Below the pieces are notes generated by a model, which worked only from the letters and a program-made list of their open reading frames with translations, had not been told where the DNA came from and ran no database searches. A stretch of DNA of 64,000 bases from Parvibaculaceae bacterium (GTDB taxonomy: Bacteria > Pseudomonadota > Alphaproteobacteria > RS24): positions 161,638 to 225,637 of the forward strand of contig OZ251536.1 in assembly GCA_965243245.1 (NCBI GenBank). Reading direction: 5' to 3'. The translations under genes were made by a program, and so were the position numbers. Shown here piece after piece: positions 50,430 through 57,875 of the stretch. How positions within the stretch are numbered: position 1 is the stretch's first letter; each line of letters starts with the position of its first letter.

Positions 50430-51098
50430 CTATTCATCCGTCTGATAGAGTTGTTCATCGCCGTGCCAGACTTTTTCAATGAACTGGTCGCGCCCACACC
50501 GATAGCGATAATACTTATAGCGTATTGGGTTTCGTTGCGCATAATCTTGATGATAATTTTCAGCCACCGTGAAAGTCGCTTGCGCCAGCACTTTTGTCGC
50601 AATGGGGCGGGCGAATTTCTTGGCTTTATCGAGTGCCATGATGGCGCCTTGAATGATTTTTTTCTGCTCTTGGGTGGCATAAAAAATGGCGGTGCTATAT
50701 TGCTGACCACGGTCACAAAATGACCCCTTGCCATCGCTTGGGTCATGCATGCGCCAAAAGGCTGATAACAAGGCTTGATAGGTGACGGTTGCGGGGTCAT
50801 AGATCACTTTGACAACTTCATAATGCCCGCTTCCTCCAGACGCGACTTGATTATAACTCGGATTCTTAATATTTCCGCCCATATAACCTGAAATGACCTC
50901 GCTTACGCCGTCAACTTTTTCAAAATCATGTTCGGTACACCAAAAACAGCCACCTGAAAAATAAGCAGCTTTATCTTTTGCCTGTGCGTCAGCAATAAAA
51001 AGTGCCTCAGTGGTAAAAAATGATAGAATTAAGAAAATAAACGCTGGGAGTCGGTGCCATGTTGGTTTTGTGTTTATGGGTGTGTTTATAAATGTCAT
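50430..51098 (-). CDS. msrA: Peptide-methionine (S)-S-oxide reductase MsrA, with an N-terminal signal peptide
   Basis: AYFSGGCFWCTEHDFEKVDGV...GYMGG...PSY..V.SG.SGH.EVV.V.YDP. Confidence 0.9.
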   Translation of the reverse strand: MTFINTPINTKPTWHRLPAFIFLILSFFTTEALFIADAQAKDKAAYFSGGCFWCTEHDFEKVDGVSEVISGYMGGNIKNPSYNQVASGGSGHYEVVKVIYDPATVTYQALLSAFWRMHDPSDGKGSFCDRGQQYSTAIFYATQEQKKIIQGAIMALDKAKKFARPIATKVLAQATFTVAENYHQDYAQRNPIRYKYYRYRCGRDQFIEKVWHGDEQLYQTDE

Positions 51099-51155
51099 AC
51101 GAACCTCTATCTTGAATTTCTCTTACTCAAATACTCTATCAGAAACTAGTTTACT

Positions 51156-51893
51156 ATGCTCGAAAAATTTAACCAGCTCATAAATCAAAGCCAAAAGATT
51201 GTCGTTTTTACAGGCGCAGGCATGAGTACTGAATCTGGAGTGCCAGATTTTAGAACGCCCAATGGTCTGTGGTCGCGTTATGCGCCGATAGATTTTCAAG
51301 ACTTTATAATCTCGCAAGAAATGCGCAATGAAGCATGGCGGCGAAAAATTAAGCTGGACGAAGAAATCGGGTTTCCCAAACCCAATCGCGGGCATCTGAA
51401 AATTGCGGAACTGGTTAAACAAGGAAAAATTACAAATATTATTACGCAAAACATTGATAATCTGCATCAAAATGCGGCAGTGCCAGATGGTCTCGTGATT
51501 GAATTACATGGTAATGGCACTTACGCGCATTGTCTTTCTTGCCATGCGCGATATGAAATGCCAGCGATGAAAAAGCAATTTCTGAAAAGCGGTCACGCGC
51601 CCGAATGTATAAAATGTGGCGGCTACATTAAATCGGCGACCATATCCTTTGGTCAGGCGATGCCCGAAGAGCCTATGCGTTTATCTCTTGAGGCGGCACA
51701 AAATTGTGATTTATTTATAGCCATAGGGTCCTCTCTTGTGGTGTCACCGGCCAATCAATTCCCTTTAATTGCCAAGCATAATGGCGCAACCTTAATCATT
51801 TTGAACCGCGAAGAAACGCCTTTAGATGGCGCGGCTGATCTGGTGCTCAATTTAGAGATAGGAGATACTTTATCTCAGCTAAGGGGCGCGTAA
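51156..51893 (+). CDS. cobB: NAD-dependent protein deacylase (Sir2/CobB family)
   Basis: VFTGAGMSTESGVPDFR, ITQNIDNLH, and a CLSC...C.KCGG zinc ribbon. 245 aa, a single domain. Confidence 0.88.
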   Translation: MLEKFNQLINQSQKIVVFTGAGMSTESGVPDFRTPNGLWSRYAPIDFQDFIISQEMRNEAWRRKIKLDEEIGFPKPNRGHLKIAELVKQGKITNIITQNIDNLHQNAAVPDGLVIELHGNGTYAHCLSCHARYEMPAMKKQFLKSGHAPECIKCGGYIKSATISFGQAMPEEPMRLSLEAAQNCDLFIAIGSSLVVSPANQFPLIAKHNGATLIILNREETPLDGAADLVLNLEIGDTLSQLRGA

Positions 51894-51974
51894 ATTGCAT
51901 GATTTCATGTCGATTTTTCTGTTATTTTTAAGCCTAGAGCGTTACACTCAAGAAGCATATTCTTGGAGGTTCAT

Positions 51975-53390
51975 GTGACTAAATTTTTCTCGCTTTTTTC
52001 TTTTTCCGCTCTGATAGCAATTCTCTTGGCTCCCTCTAGCGCGCAAGCCGCTGAGGGGGCTATGGTGTTAAACATGACAGGCACAATTTACGGGTTGTTG
52101 TCGATTGCTATATTTGTGTTCGCTTATTCTTTGGTGATGGCTGAGGAATTTATTCATTTACCAAAATCCAAGCCTGTGATGGTTGCGGCGGGCTTAATCT
52201 GGGCGATTGTCGCTATTGGCGTTAGTAATGAGGGCTATGACTCGCACCTCGTTGAAGGCGCATTTCGTCATGTTTTCCTTGAATTTGCAGAATTATTCAT
52301 CTTCCTTTTAGTGGCCATGACGTTCATCAATGCGATGACAGAACGCGGGGTATTTGAAGCTTTGCGCTCTTGGTTGGTGGCTAAAAACTTCAATTTTAGA
52401 CAAATTTTCTGGATTACGGGTATTTTAGCTTTTTTCATCTCGCCGATTGCGGATAATCTGACAACCGCCCTTTTAATGTGTGCCGTGGTGATGGCTGTCG
52501 GGTCGGGTAATATTGCTTTTGTGTCGATTGCTTGTGTTAACATTGTTGTTGCGGCCAATGCGGGCGGTGCTTTTAGCCCGTTTGGCGACATTACGACTTT
52601 GATGGTCTGGCAAAGAGGCGTTCTGGGTTTCTTCGACTTCTTCGCTATTTTTGTTCCATCTGTCGTGAACTTCTTGGTGCCAGCTGCCATCATGCATTTT
52701 GCTATCTCCAAAGAACAACCCAGTAGCACCGCTAAGAGTGTTCAAATGAAATTCGGCGCGAAACGGATTGTTCTTTTGTTCTTATTGACAATTACCCTTA
52801 CCGTTTCGGGTCACCAAATATTCCACTTACCACCTGTATTTGGTATGATGTTGGGACTTGGGATGCTTGGATTCTTTGGTTTTTACTTGACCAAAAAGGG
52901 CGAAAAATCAAGCTATACAAATAGCCCATTTAGTGTTTTTTCAAAAATAGCGCGGGCTGAATGGGATACGTTGCTATTTTTCTACGGTGTCTTGATGTGT
53001 GTTGGCGGGTTGTCTGTCTTTGGCTATTTGGCGGTGGCTTCTCAATTTATGTATATTGACCTTGGGGCGACAAATGCCAATATTCTGGTTGGGATTTTAT
53101 CGGCGATTGTTGACAATATCCCGGTAATGTTTGCGGTGCTGACAATGGGGCCTGAAATGGACCATGGGCAATGGTTATTGGCAACATTGACAGCAGGTGT
53201 GGGCGGCTCAATGCTGTCTATTGGGTCTGCTGCGGGGGTGGCTTTGATGGGACAGGCGCGGGGTATTTATACTTTTTTCTCGCATCTGAAATGGACTTGG
53301 GCGATAGCTCTTGGCTATGGCGCGAGTATTTATATCCATCTCCTGATTAATACGAGGCTTTTTGATAATGTTCCATTAATCCTAAAGTAA
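51975..53390 (+). CDS. nhaD: Na+/H+ antiporter, NhaD-like
   Basis: Polytopic protein of about 470 aa with an N-terminal signal-like segment; I recognise the family by overall pattern only. I prefer the GTG at 51975, 5 nt after ggagg, to the TTG at 51963. Confidence 0.7.
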   Translation: MTKFFSLFSFSALIAILLAPSSAQAAEGAMVLNMTGTIYGLLSIAIFVFAYSLVMAEEFIHLPKSKPVMVAAGLIWAIVAIGVSNEGYDSHLVEGAFRHVFLEFAELFIFLLVAMTFINAMTERGVFEALRSWLVAKNFNFRQIFWITGILAFFISPIADNLTTALLMCAVVMAVGSGNIAFVSIACVNIVVAANAGGAFSPFGDITTLMVWQRGVLGFFDFFAIFVPSVVNFLVPAAIMHFAISKEQPSSTAKSVQMKFGAKRIVLLFLLTITLTVSGHQIFHLPPVFGMMLGLGMLGFFGFYLTKKGEKSSYTNSPFSVFSKIARAEWDTLLFFYGVLMCVGGLSVFGYLAVASQFMYIDLGATNANILVGILSAIVDNIPVMFAVLTMGPEMDHGQWLLATLTAGVGGSMLSIGSAAGVALMGQARGIYTFFSHLKWTWAIALGYGASIYIHLLINTRLFDNVPLILK

Positions 53391-53544
53391 AGTTTTTCTT
53401 AAAAAAAACCAGCATTGTAAACAATTGTACGCGCAAATGAAATTCGAAACTTCACGCGGTGGTATTTTTTATGCTATATTTCATCTATGGTCATGTTTAC
53501 ATGACGAATAAGTGTGTAACCTGTTAGAAAAAAAGAAATGTATC

Positions 53545-54162
53545 ATGTCAGAAGAAAAAGAAATGCATCCTGCTGAGGACGAAAGTGACGCCGCTACCGA
53601 TTTGGAAAATCTCGATGAAAGTCAAAATCTCGATGAAAGTCAGGGGACGCCCATAGACGGTGAAGTAAAATGGTTTGATCCGAAAAAAGGTTTTGGTTTT
53701 ATTATTCCCGATGATGGCGGCGGCGATATACTGGTTCATCATTCGGTTTTACGCCGCTCTGGTCACGATATGATTTATCCCGGCGCAATGGTTAAATGCC
53801 TCATTGGGACTCTTGAACAAGGGCGTCAAGTCGATAAAATTATAGCCATAGACAATAGTAAGGCGATTATTCCTGATTTCAGGCAACGCCCGACCAACAT
53901 ACTGAGCGATATTGAAGAAATTAGCGATTTCGTAAAGATGGAAGTCAAGTGGTTTAATCGTATTAGAGGCTATGGCTTTGTCACGAGTGGCGATGAGCAT
54001 CCAGATATTTTTGTGCATATGGAAGTTTTGCGTGAGGCGGATATTAATGACATTAAGCCCGGCGACTTCATTGACGTTGCTTATGGCGAAGGGCCAAAAG
54101 GACTGATGGCGACACGCGTGCGGTTGAGCGAGGGGGGTCTGGAAACCTCAAGCACAGAATAA
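53545..54162 (+). CDS. Cold-shock-domain protein with two tandem CSDs and an acidic N-terminal tail
   Basis: [31 protein letters not shown] and [31 protein letters not shown]. An 18-bp duplication at 53606-53642 encodes [13 protein letters not shown]. Confidence 0.85.
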   Translation: MSEEKEMHPAEDESDAATDLENLDESQNLDESQGTPIDGEVKWFDPKKGFGFIIPDDGGGDILVHHSVLRRSGHDMIYPGAMVKCLIGTLEQGRQVDKIIAIDNSKAIIPDFRQRPTNILSDIEEISDFVKMEVKWFNRIRGYGFVTSGDEHPDIFVHMEVLREADINDIKPGDFIDVAYGEGPKGLMATRVRLSEGGLETSSTE

Positions 54163-54235
54163 AATTAATTGATAGAAACTTTATTTCCAACTTGATTTGC
54201 TATCAGCTTAATTGTATCAATTCTGGCATTACAGT

Positions 54236-54312
54236 CGGAGTTTGGCGCAGTCTGGTAGCGCACCTGGTTTGGGACCAGGGGGTCGCAGGTTCGAATCCTG
54301 CAACTCCGACCA
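54236..54312 (+). tRNA. tRNA-Pro (anticodon UGG)
   Basis: Hand-folded: acceptor CGGAGTT, D arm GCGC-AGTCTGGTA-GCGC, anticodon arm CCTGG-TTTGGGA-CCAGG, T loop TTCGAAT, encoded CCA. Confidence 0.9.
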
Positions 54313-54323
54313 TTTGCGCTAAA

Positions 54324-54505
54324 TTATAATCTAGCCTTATAATCTAGCCTTATAATCTAGCCTTATAATCTAGCCTTATAATCTAGCCTTATAATCTAGC
54401 CTTATAATCTAGCCTTATAATCTAGCCTTATAATCTAGCCTTACAATCTAGCCTTACAATCTAGCCTTACAATCTAGCCTTACAATCTAGCCTTACAATC
54501 TATCC
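54324..54505. repeat. 13-bp tandem repeat x14: nine copies of ttataatctagcc, then five copies of ttacaatctagcc (the last is degenerate)
   Basis: I counted unit by unit from 54324. The array starts 12 bp after the tRNA-Pro(UGG) CCA end. Confidence 0.95.
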
Positions 54506-54687
54506 CCCCAAATATACCTGTGCCCCAAACTCATATTTTAATGAGTCCAAGAATGTCGGCTTCCATGTAAAGCTGTGACGTATGCCTTTTAGTCTTTGAC
54601 AAGATAGGGGGGGAAGTCTAAAATTCGCTCAAGAGAAGATTTGAATCAAATTTTGAATAAAGCTTGAACAAAGTGAAGGAAGTCCAG

Positions 54688-56025
54688 ATGCTTAAACCTG
54701 TTTCGCAAACGATGTTAAAAGAAGAAGAGGAAACGCATAATGGGCCGCTTCACGCGCCTGTTTTTAAAACGCCGCAAGGCCCTAATCTGGCGGACATTTA
54801 TGCATATACGAATGGTCAACCTTTTGCTCATTATGACAAATTACGTTCTGAGGCACCCATTGCGTGGATTGAGTTCCCCTCTCAGCGTGAGAATATAAAA
54901 GGGTTCTGGGCGCTGACAGGATATGAGGATATTAAGCAAGCTGAATTATTGCCAGAAATATTTTCATCCCAAAAAGGTAGTATTTATATAACCACGGGTC
55001 CCGCAAAAGAGCGTTCTAACCGTTTATCTGAAGCCACCGTCAATAATCTGATTTGCCTAGATAGATTAAACCATACACCTTTACGGATGCAACATCGGCA
55101 TTTTTTTACGCCGCAATTCACTCAAAATTTGCGTTCAAAAGTTAGCACTTATGTTGATAGTCTCTTAGACAAGATGGAAAAAAAGGGTGGTAAAGTCGAT
55201 TTGGTTGCAAATTTTGCCGAACAGATACCGATGTTCACGCTTTGTGAAATGCTGGGTGTGCATGAAAATGATCGGCCAAGGCTGATAAAATGGATGCATT
55301 ATCTTGAGCTCGCGCAAGATTATTTTGTGCGCCGCGAAAATAGTATAGTAAATCCTTTGTTTGTCATCAAATTTTTGTACAATGTACGCCAAATGTTCAA
55401 CTATGGGGAGCGCGTTCTTAAGGATCGGCGAAAAAACCCCCGTGATGATTTGCTCACCGCGATTGCGCAAGCAGAAGTAGGTGATAAACCTCTATCGCAG
55501 GCTTATTTAGATGGGTCGTGGTTATTAATCTTGTTTGCTGGGAATGATACGGCACGCAATTCGATTTCAAGTACGATGCCGCTTTTGATGGCACACCCTG
55601 AGCAAAAACAAATGTGCCTAGATGATCCCTCTTTAATTGCGCCAATGGCTCAAGAAGCGGTGAGGATGATCTCGCCGGTTATTTGTATGCGCCGTACGCT
55701 GACGCAGGATTACACATTAAGAGGGCAAAAAATAGCGGCGGGTGAGAAAGTTGTTTTCTTCTATGGCGCGGCTAATCGAGACCCTAAGATATTTGAAAAC
55801 CCTAATGCTTTTGAGGTTTTACGCCCGAACGTAACCGATCATATTGCTTTTGGTTATGGGCCGCATAATTGCTTGGGCAAAAGGACTGCGATTATGCAAT
55901 TAGAGGTGGCTTATGAGCGTCTTTTAAATCGGTTTCCAAACATTGAATGGACCGGGAAAATCTCTTATGCGCCGAATAATCTTGTGAGTGCGGTGACATC
56001 TTTGGAAGTTAATCTGGGTGTTTAA
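54688..56025 (+). CDS. Cytochrome P450
   Basis: Heme-binding loop FGYGPHNCLGKRTA, an EAVRM (ExxR) region, and AGNDTA in the I-helix. The ATG at 54688 is preceded by gaagga. Confidence 0.88.
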   Translation: MLKPVSQTMLKEEEETHNGPLHAPVFKTPQGPNLADIYAYTNGQPFAHYDKLRSEAPIAWIEFPSQRENIKGFWALTGYEDIKQAELLPEIFSSQKGSIYITTGPAKERSNRLSEATVNNLICLDRLNHTPLRMQHRHFFTPQFTQNLRSKVSTYVDSLLDKMEKKGGKVDLVANFAEQIPMFTLCEMLGVHENDRPRLIKWMHYLELAQDYFVRRENSIVNPLFVIKFLYNVRQMFNYGERVLKDRRKNPRDDLLTAIAQAEVGDKPLSQAYLDGSWLLILFAGNDTARNSISSTMPLLMAHPEQKQMCLDDPSLIAPMAQEAVRMISPVICMRRTLTQDYTLRGQKIAAGEKVVFFYGAANRDPKIFENPNAFEVLRPNVTDHIAFGYGPHNCLGKRTAIMQLEVAYERLLNRFPNIEWTGKISYAPNNLVSAVTSLEVNLGV

Positions 56026-56051
56026 GCACTCTCAGTCTAACTAAAGAGCTC

Positions 56052-56357
56052 ATGATTGCCCGCATTTATCAACCTTCCAAAACAGCTATGCAATCTGGCA
56101 TGGCTCAAACCAGAAGCTGGGTTTTTGAGTATGTGTCTCAAAAATCCAAGCAGAGCGACCCGCTAACGGGATGGATTGGCGGGAGCGAAACAAATTTACA
56201 GGTAAAATTGCAATTCAATACGCTTGAAGAAGCTGAAATATATGCTAAATCTCGCAATATTGCATATCGCGTTCAACAGCCACATAAACGCAAGCGGGTG
56301 GCAAAATCTTACGCTGACAATTTCAAGCATGACAGAATAGGGGCTTGGACGCATTAG
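56052..56357 (+). CDS. NDUFS4-like 'ETC complex I subunit conserved region' protein
   Basis: ARIYQPSKTAMQSG...W.FEY......DPLTGW.G..........L.F.T.EEA..YA....I.Y.V..P. Confidence 0.8.
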   Translation: MIARIYQPSKTAMQSGMAQTRSWVFEYVSQKSKQSDPLTGWIGGSETNLQVKLQFNTLEEAEIYAKSRNIAYRVQQPHKRKRVAKSYADNFKHDRIGAWTH

Positions 56358-56365
56358 CGGGTAAA

Positions 56366-56442
56366 GGACCCTTAGCTCAACTGGATAGAGCAGCTGCCTT
56401 CTAAGCAGCAGGTTGTAGGTTCGAGTCCTACAGGGTTCGCCA
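56366..56442 (+). tRNA. tRNA-Arg (anticodon UCU)
   Basis: Hand-folded: acceptor GGACCCT/AGGGTTC, D arm GCTC-AACTGGATA-GAGC, anticodon arm GCTGC-CTTCTAA-GCAGC, T arm GTAGG-TTCGAGT-CCTAC, encoded CCA. Confidence 0.9.
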
Positions 56443-56460
56443 TTATACTTTCGAGCTTTG

Positions 56461-56507
56461 TTTTAAGACACTGTTTTAAAACAGTGTTTTAAAACAGTGT
56501 CTTAAAA
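56461..56507. terminator. Inverted/direct repeat cluster (ttttaagacactgtttt / aaaacagtgtttt / aaaacagtgtcttaaaa), likely a bidirectional terminator
   Basis: 56461-56477 is the exact reverse complement of 56491-56507, and 56469-56488 is a perfect 20-bp palindrome. The cluster sits between convergent tRNA-Arg and the 56502-57794 gene and overlaps that gene's stop codon. Confidence 0.55.
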
Positions 56508-57794
56508 CGGATTTGTGTAATTGAGTAATAATGATTTGGTTTTTTTATCATTATTAAACTGCAAAATATTCGAGTTTGTCTTGATTTGTGAATATCCGGC
56601 AATCAGGCGGAAATTTTTTAAACCGCGATGGATAAGGCTACCCATAAGCTGATAATTCACATTATAGGCGGTAATATCATCGCGCCGAATACGTTGTGCG
56701 CCAGAATCTTCTGCCCTATGGTCGCTCTCGCCAACGCGGTACCCTAAGCTGATGGTTTGTCCACGGGTAATCATTCCCTGTAGTGAGATGGCGCCATATT
56801 TGCTTTCTTTAGAGTTGTATTGTGCTGAAAGCAGGGTTGCTTCCACGTCTTGCCAGCTGGCAAATATTGTGGTGCGCCAATGCTTTGTTAAAGCAAAGCT
56901 AACGCCGCCTCTAGCTGCAACGGTTTCACTGTCTGAATTATCGGCTGATTGATATAGTGTGCTTTTTTGATAGTCGCGCTTATTGGCTGAAAAACTCATG
57001 AAAATGAAGCTTTGAGCGAAGAATCTTTTATTAATATCTAAACCGACACTCTCATAGATTGTTTTGGGCTGTGTTTTGCTATCAATTTCGCCATAGGTTA
57101 GTTTTGGAATAATTTCTAACCCAAGCGGGTTAAGTTTGGCGCCGATTGTCAGATCATAACTGGTATATTCCATGAATTGAGTATCGCTATCAGATACTTT
57201 TGAAGCATTGAGGCTGGTGAAAAGCTTATCAGCATTTTGATTGAGGAGGTCATATTCGCTATAAAGTCCTATGCCTGAGGTGAGGGCTTTATCATCGACA
57301 GGCAGATCAAATTCACTGGTGCCATTGGAGCTGATAAAATTAGACGTGCCTTGGGGCAATTCTGCTTGCCCTGATTCTGGAAAGCTGTTCACATTCTCGC
57401 CGTCCAGATAACCAAAACTGAAACTCATAAGAAAATTCCAACGCGCACGGCGTCTAGTGAGCGTACTCAGCATTGCCGCTACCTCGCGCGCAATATTATC
57501 GGGCAAGGGCAACACATTCAAGGCGTGCAATTCGCCGCGTGCTTGTGGGTCACTCCCCATTGCCATAAGGATACGCGCACGCATAAGCCGCGCCGGCAGA
57601 TTAGTCGGCTGCTTTACAAGCACCCGTTCAATCGCCCCAAGAGCCGCCTTTGGCTTACCACGTTGAAGACGCTCGGTGGCATATTGGCGATTGAGCTGGA
57701 TGTTATCAGGGTCTTTAAGAATCTCTTGATAACTAATCTCGGACACAGAAATTGATGGCACGATAAGGGTGAGAGCAAAAACTGCGTTTTTCAT
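56502..57794 (-). CDS. Outer-membrane protein with an N-terminal TPR-like region and a C-terminal beta-barrel; Slam/DUF560-like (candidate type XI secretion component)
   Basis: Signal peptide MKNAVFALTLIVPSISVSE. Helical TPR-like segment (LQRGKPKAALGAIERVLVKQPTNLPARLMRARILMAMGS). Barrel-like alternating pattern from RWNFLMSFSFGYLDGENVN to the C-terminal ...SNILQFNNDKKTKSLLLNYTNPF. Start chosen at ATG 57794; three further in-frame ATGs lie upstream in the 21-bp repeat. Confidence 0.6.
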   Translation of the reverse strand: MKNAVFALTLIVPSISVSEISYQEILKDPDNIQLNRQYATERLQRGKPKAALGAIERVLVKQPTNLPARLMRARILMAMGSDPQARGELHALNVLPLPDNIAREVAAMLSTLTRRRARWNFLMSFSFGYLDGENVNSFPESGQAELPQGTSNFISSNGTSEFDLPVDDKALTSGIGLYSEYDLLNQNADKLFTSLNASKVSDSDTQFMEYTSYDLTIGAKLNPLGLEIIPKLTYGEIDSKTQPKTIYESVGLDINKRFFAQSFIFMSFSANKRDYQKSTLYQSADNSDSETVAARGGVSFALTKHWRTTIFASWQDVEATLLSAQYNSKESKYGAISLQGMITRGQTISLGYRVGESDHRAEDSGAQRIRRDDITAYNVNYQLMGSLIHRGLKNFRLIAGYSQIKTNSNILQFNNDKKTKSLLLNYTNPF

Positions 57795-57875
57795 TATTTT
57801 GTCTCCAGACCCCATTATTCTGTCTCCAGACCCCATTATTCTGTCTCCAGACCCCATTATTCTGTCTCCAGACCA
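57792..57875. repeat. 21-bp tandem repeat x4 at the junction of the FecR-domain gene and the Slam-like gene
   Basis: Units at 57792, 57813, 57834 and 57855 (cattatt[c/t]tgtctccagacc[c/a]). On the coding (minus) strand each unit reads GGTCTGGAGACAGAATAATG, giving GGAG, an 8-nt spacer, and an ATG overlapping a TAA. Confidence 0.95.

Noticed and set aside
51156-51893. Sir2-domain protein as a possible anti-phage defence effector (Thoeris/DSR/SIR2-HerA type)
   Set aside because: It is a 245-aa single-domain protein with a complete sirtuin NAD pocket and a Cys4 zinc ribbon. It has no partner gene or extra domain. This fits the housekeeping CobB deacylase.
57795-57857. The MGSGDRI x3 N-terminal extension of the Slam-like protein as real coding sequence
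   Set aside because: An acidic 21-residue extension in front of the signal peptide would be atypical for an exported protein. The residues come purely from the 21-bp repeat. The possibility is kept as an open question in the findings rather than annotated as CDS.
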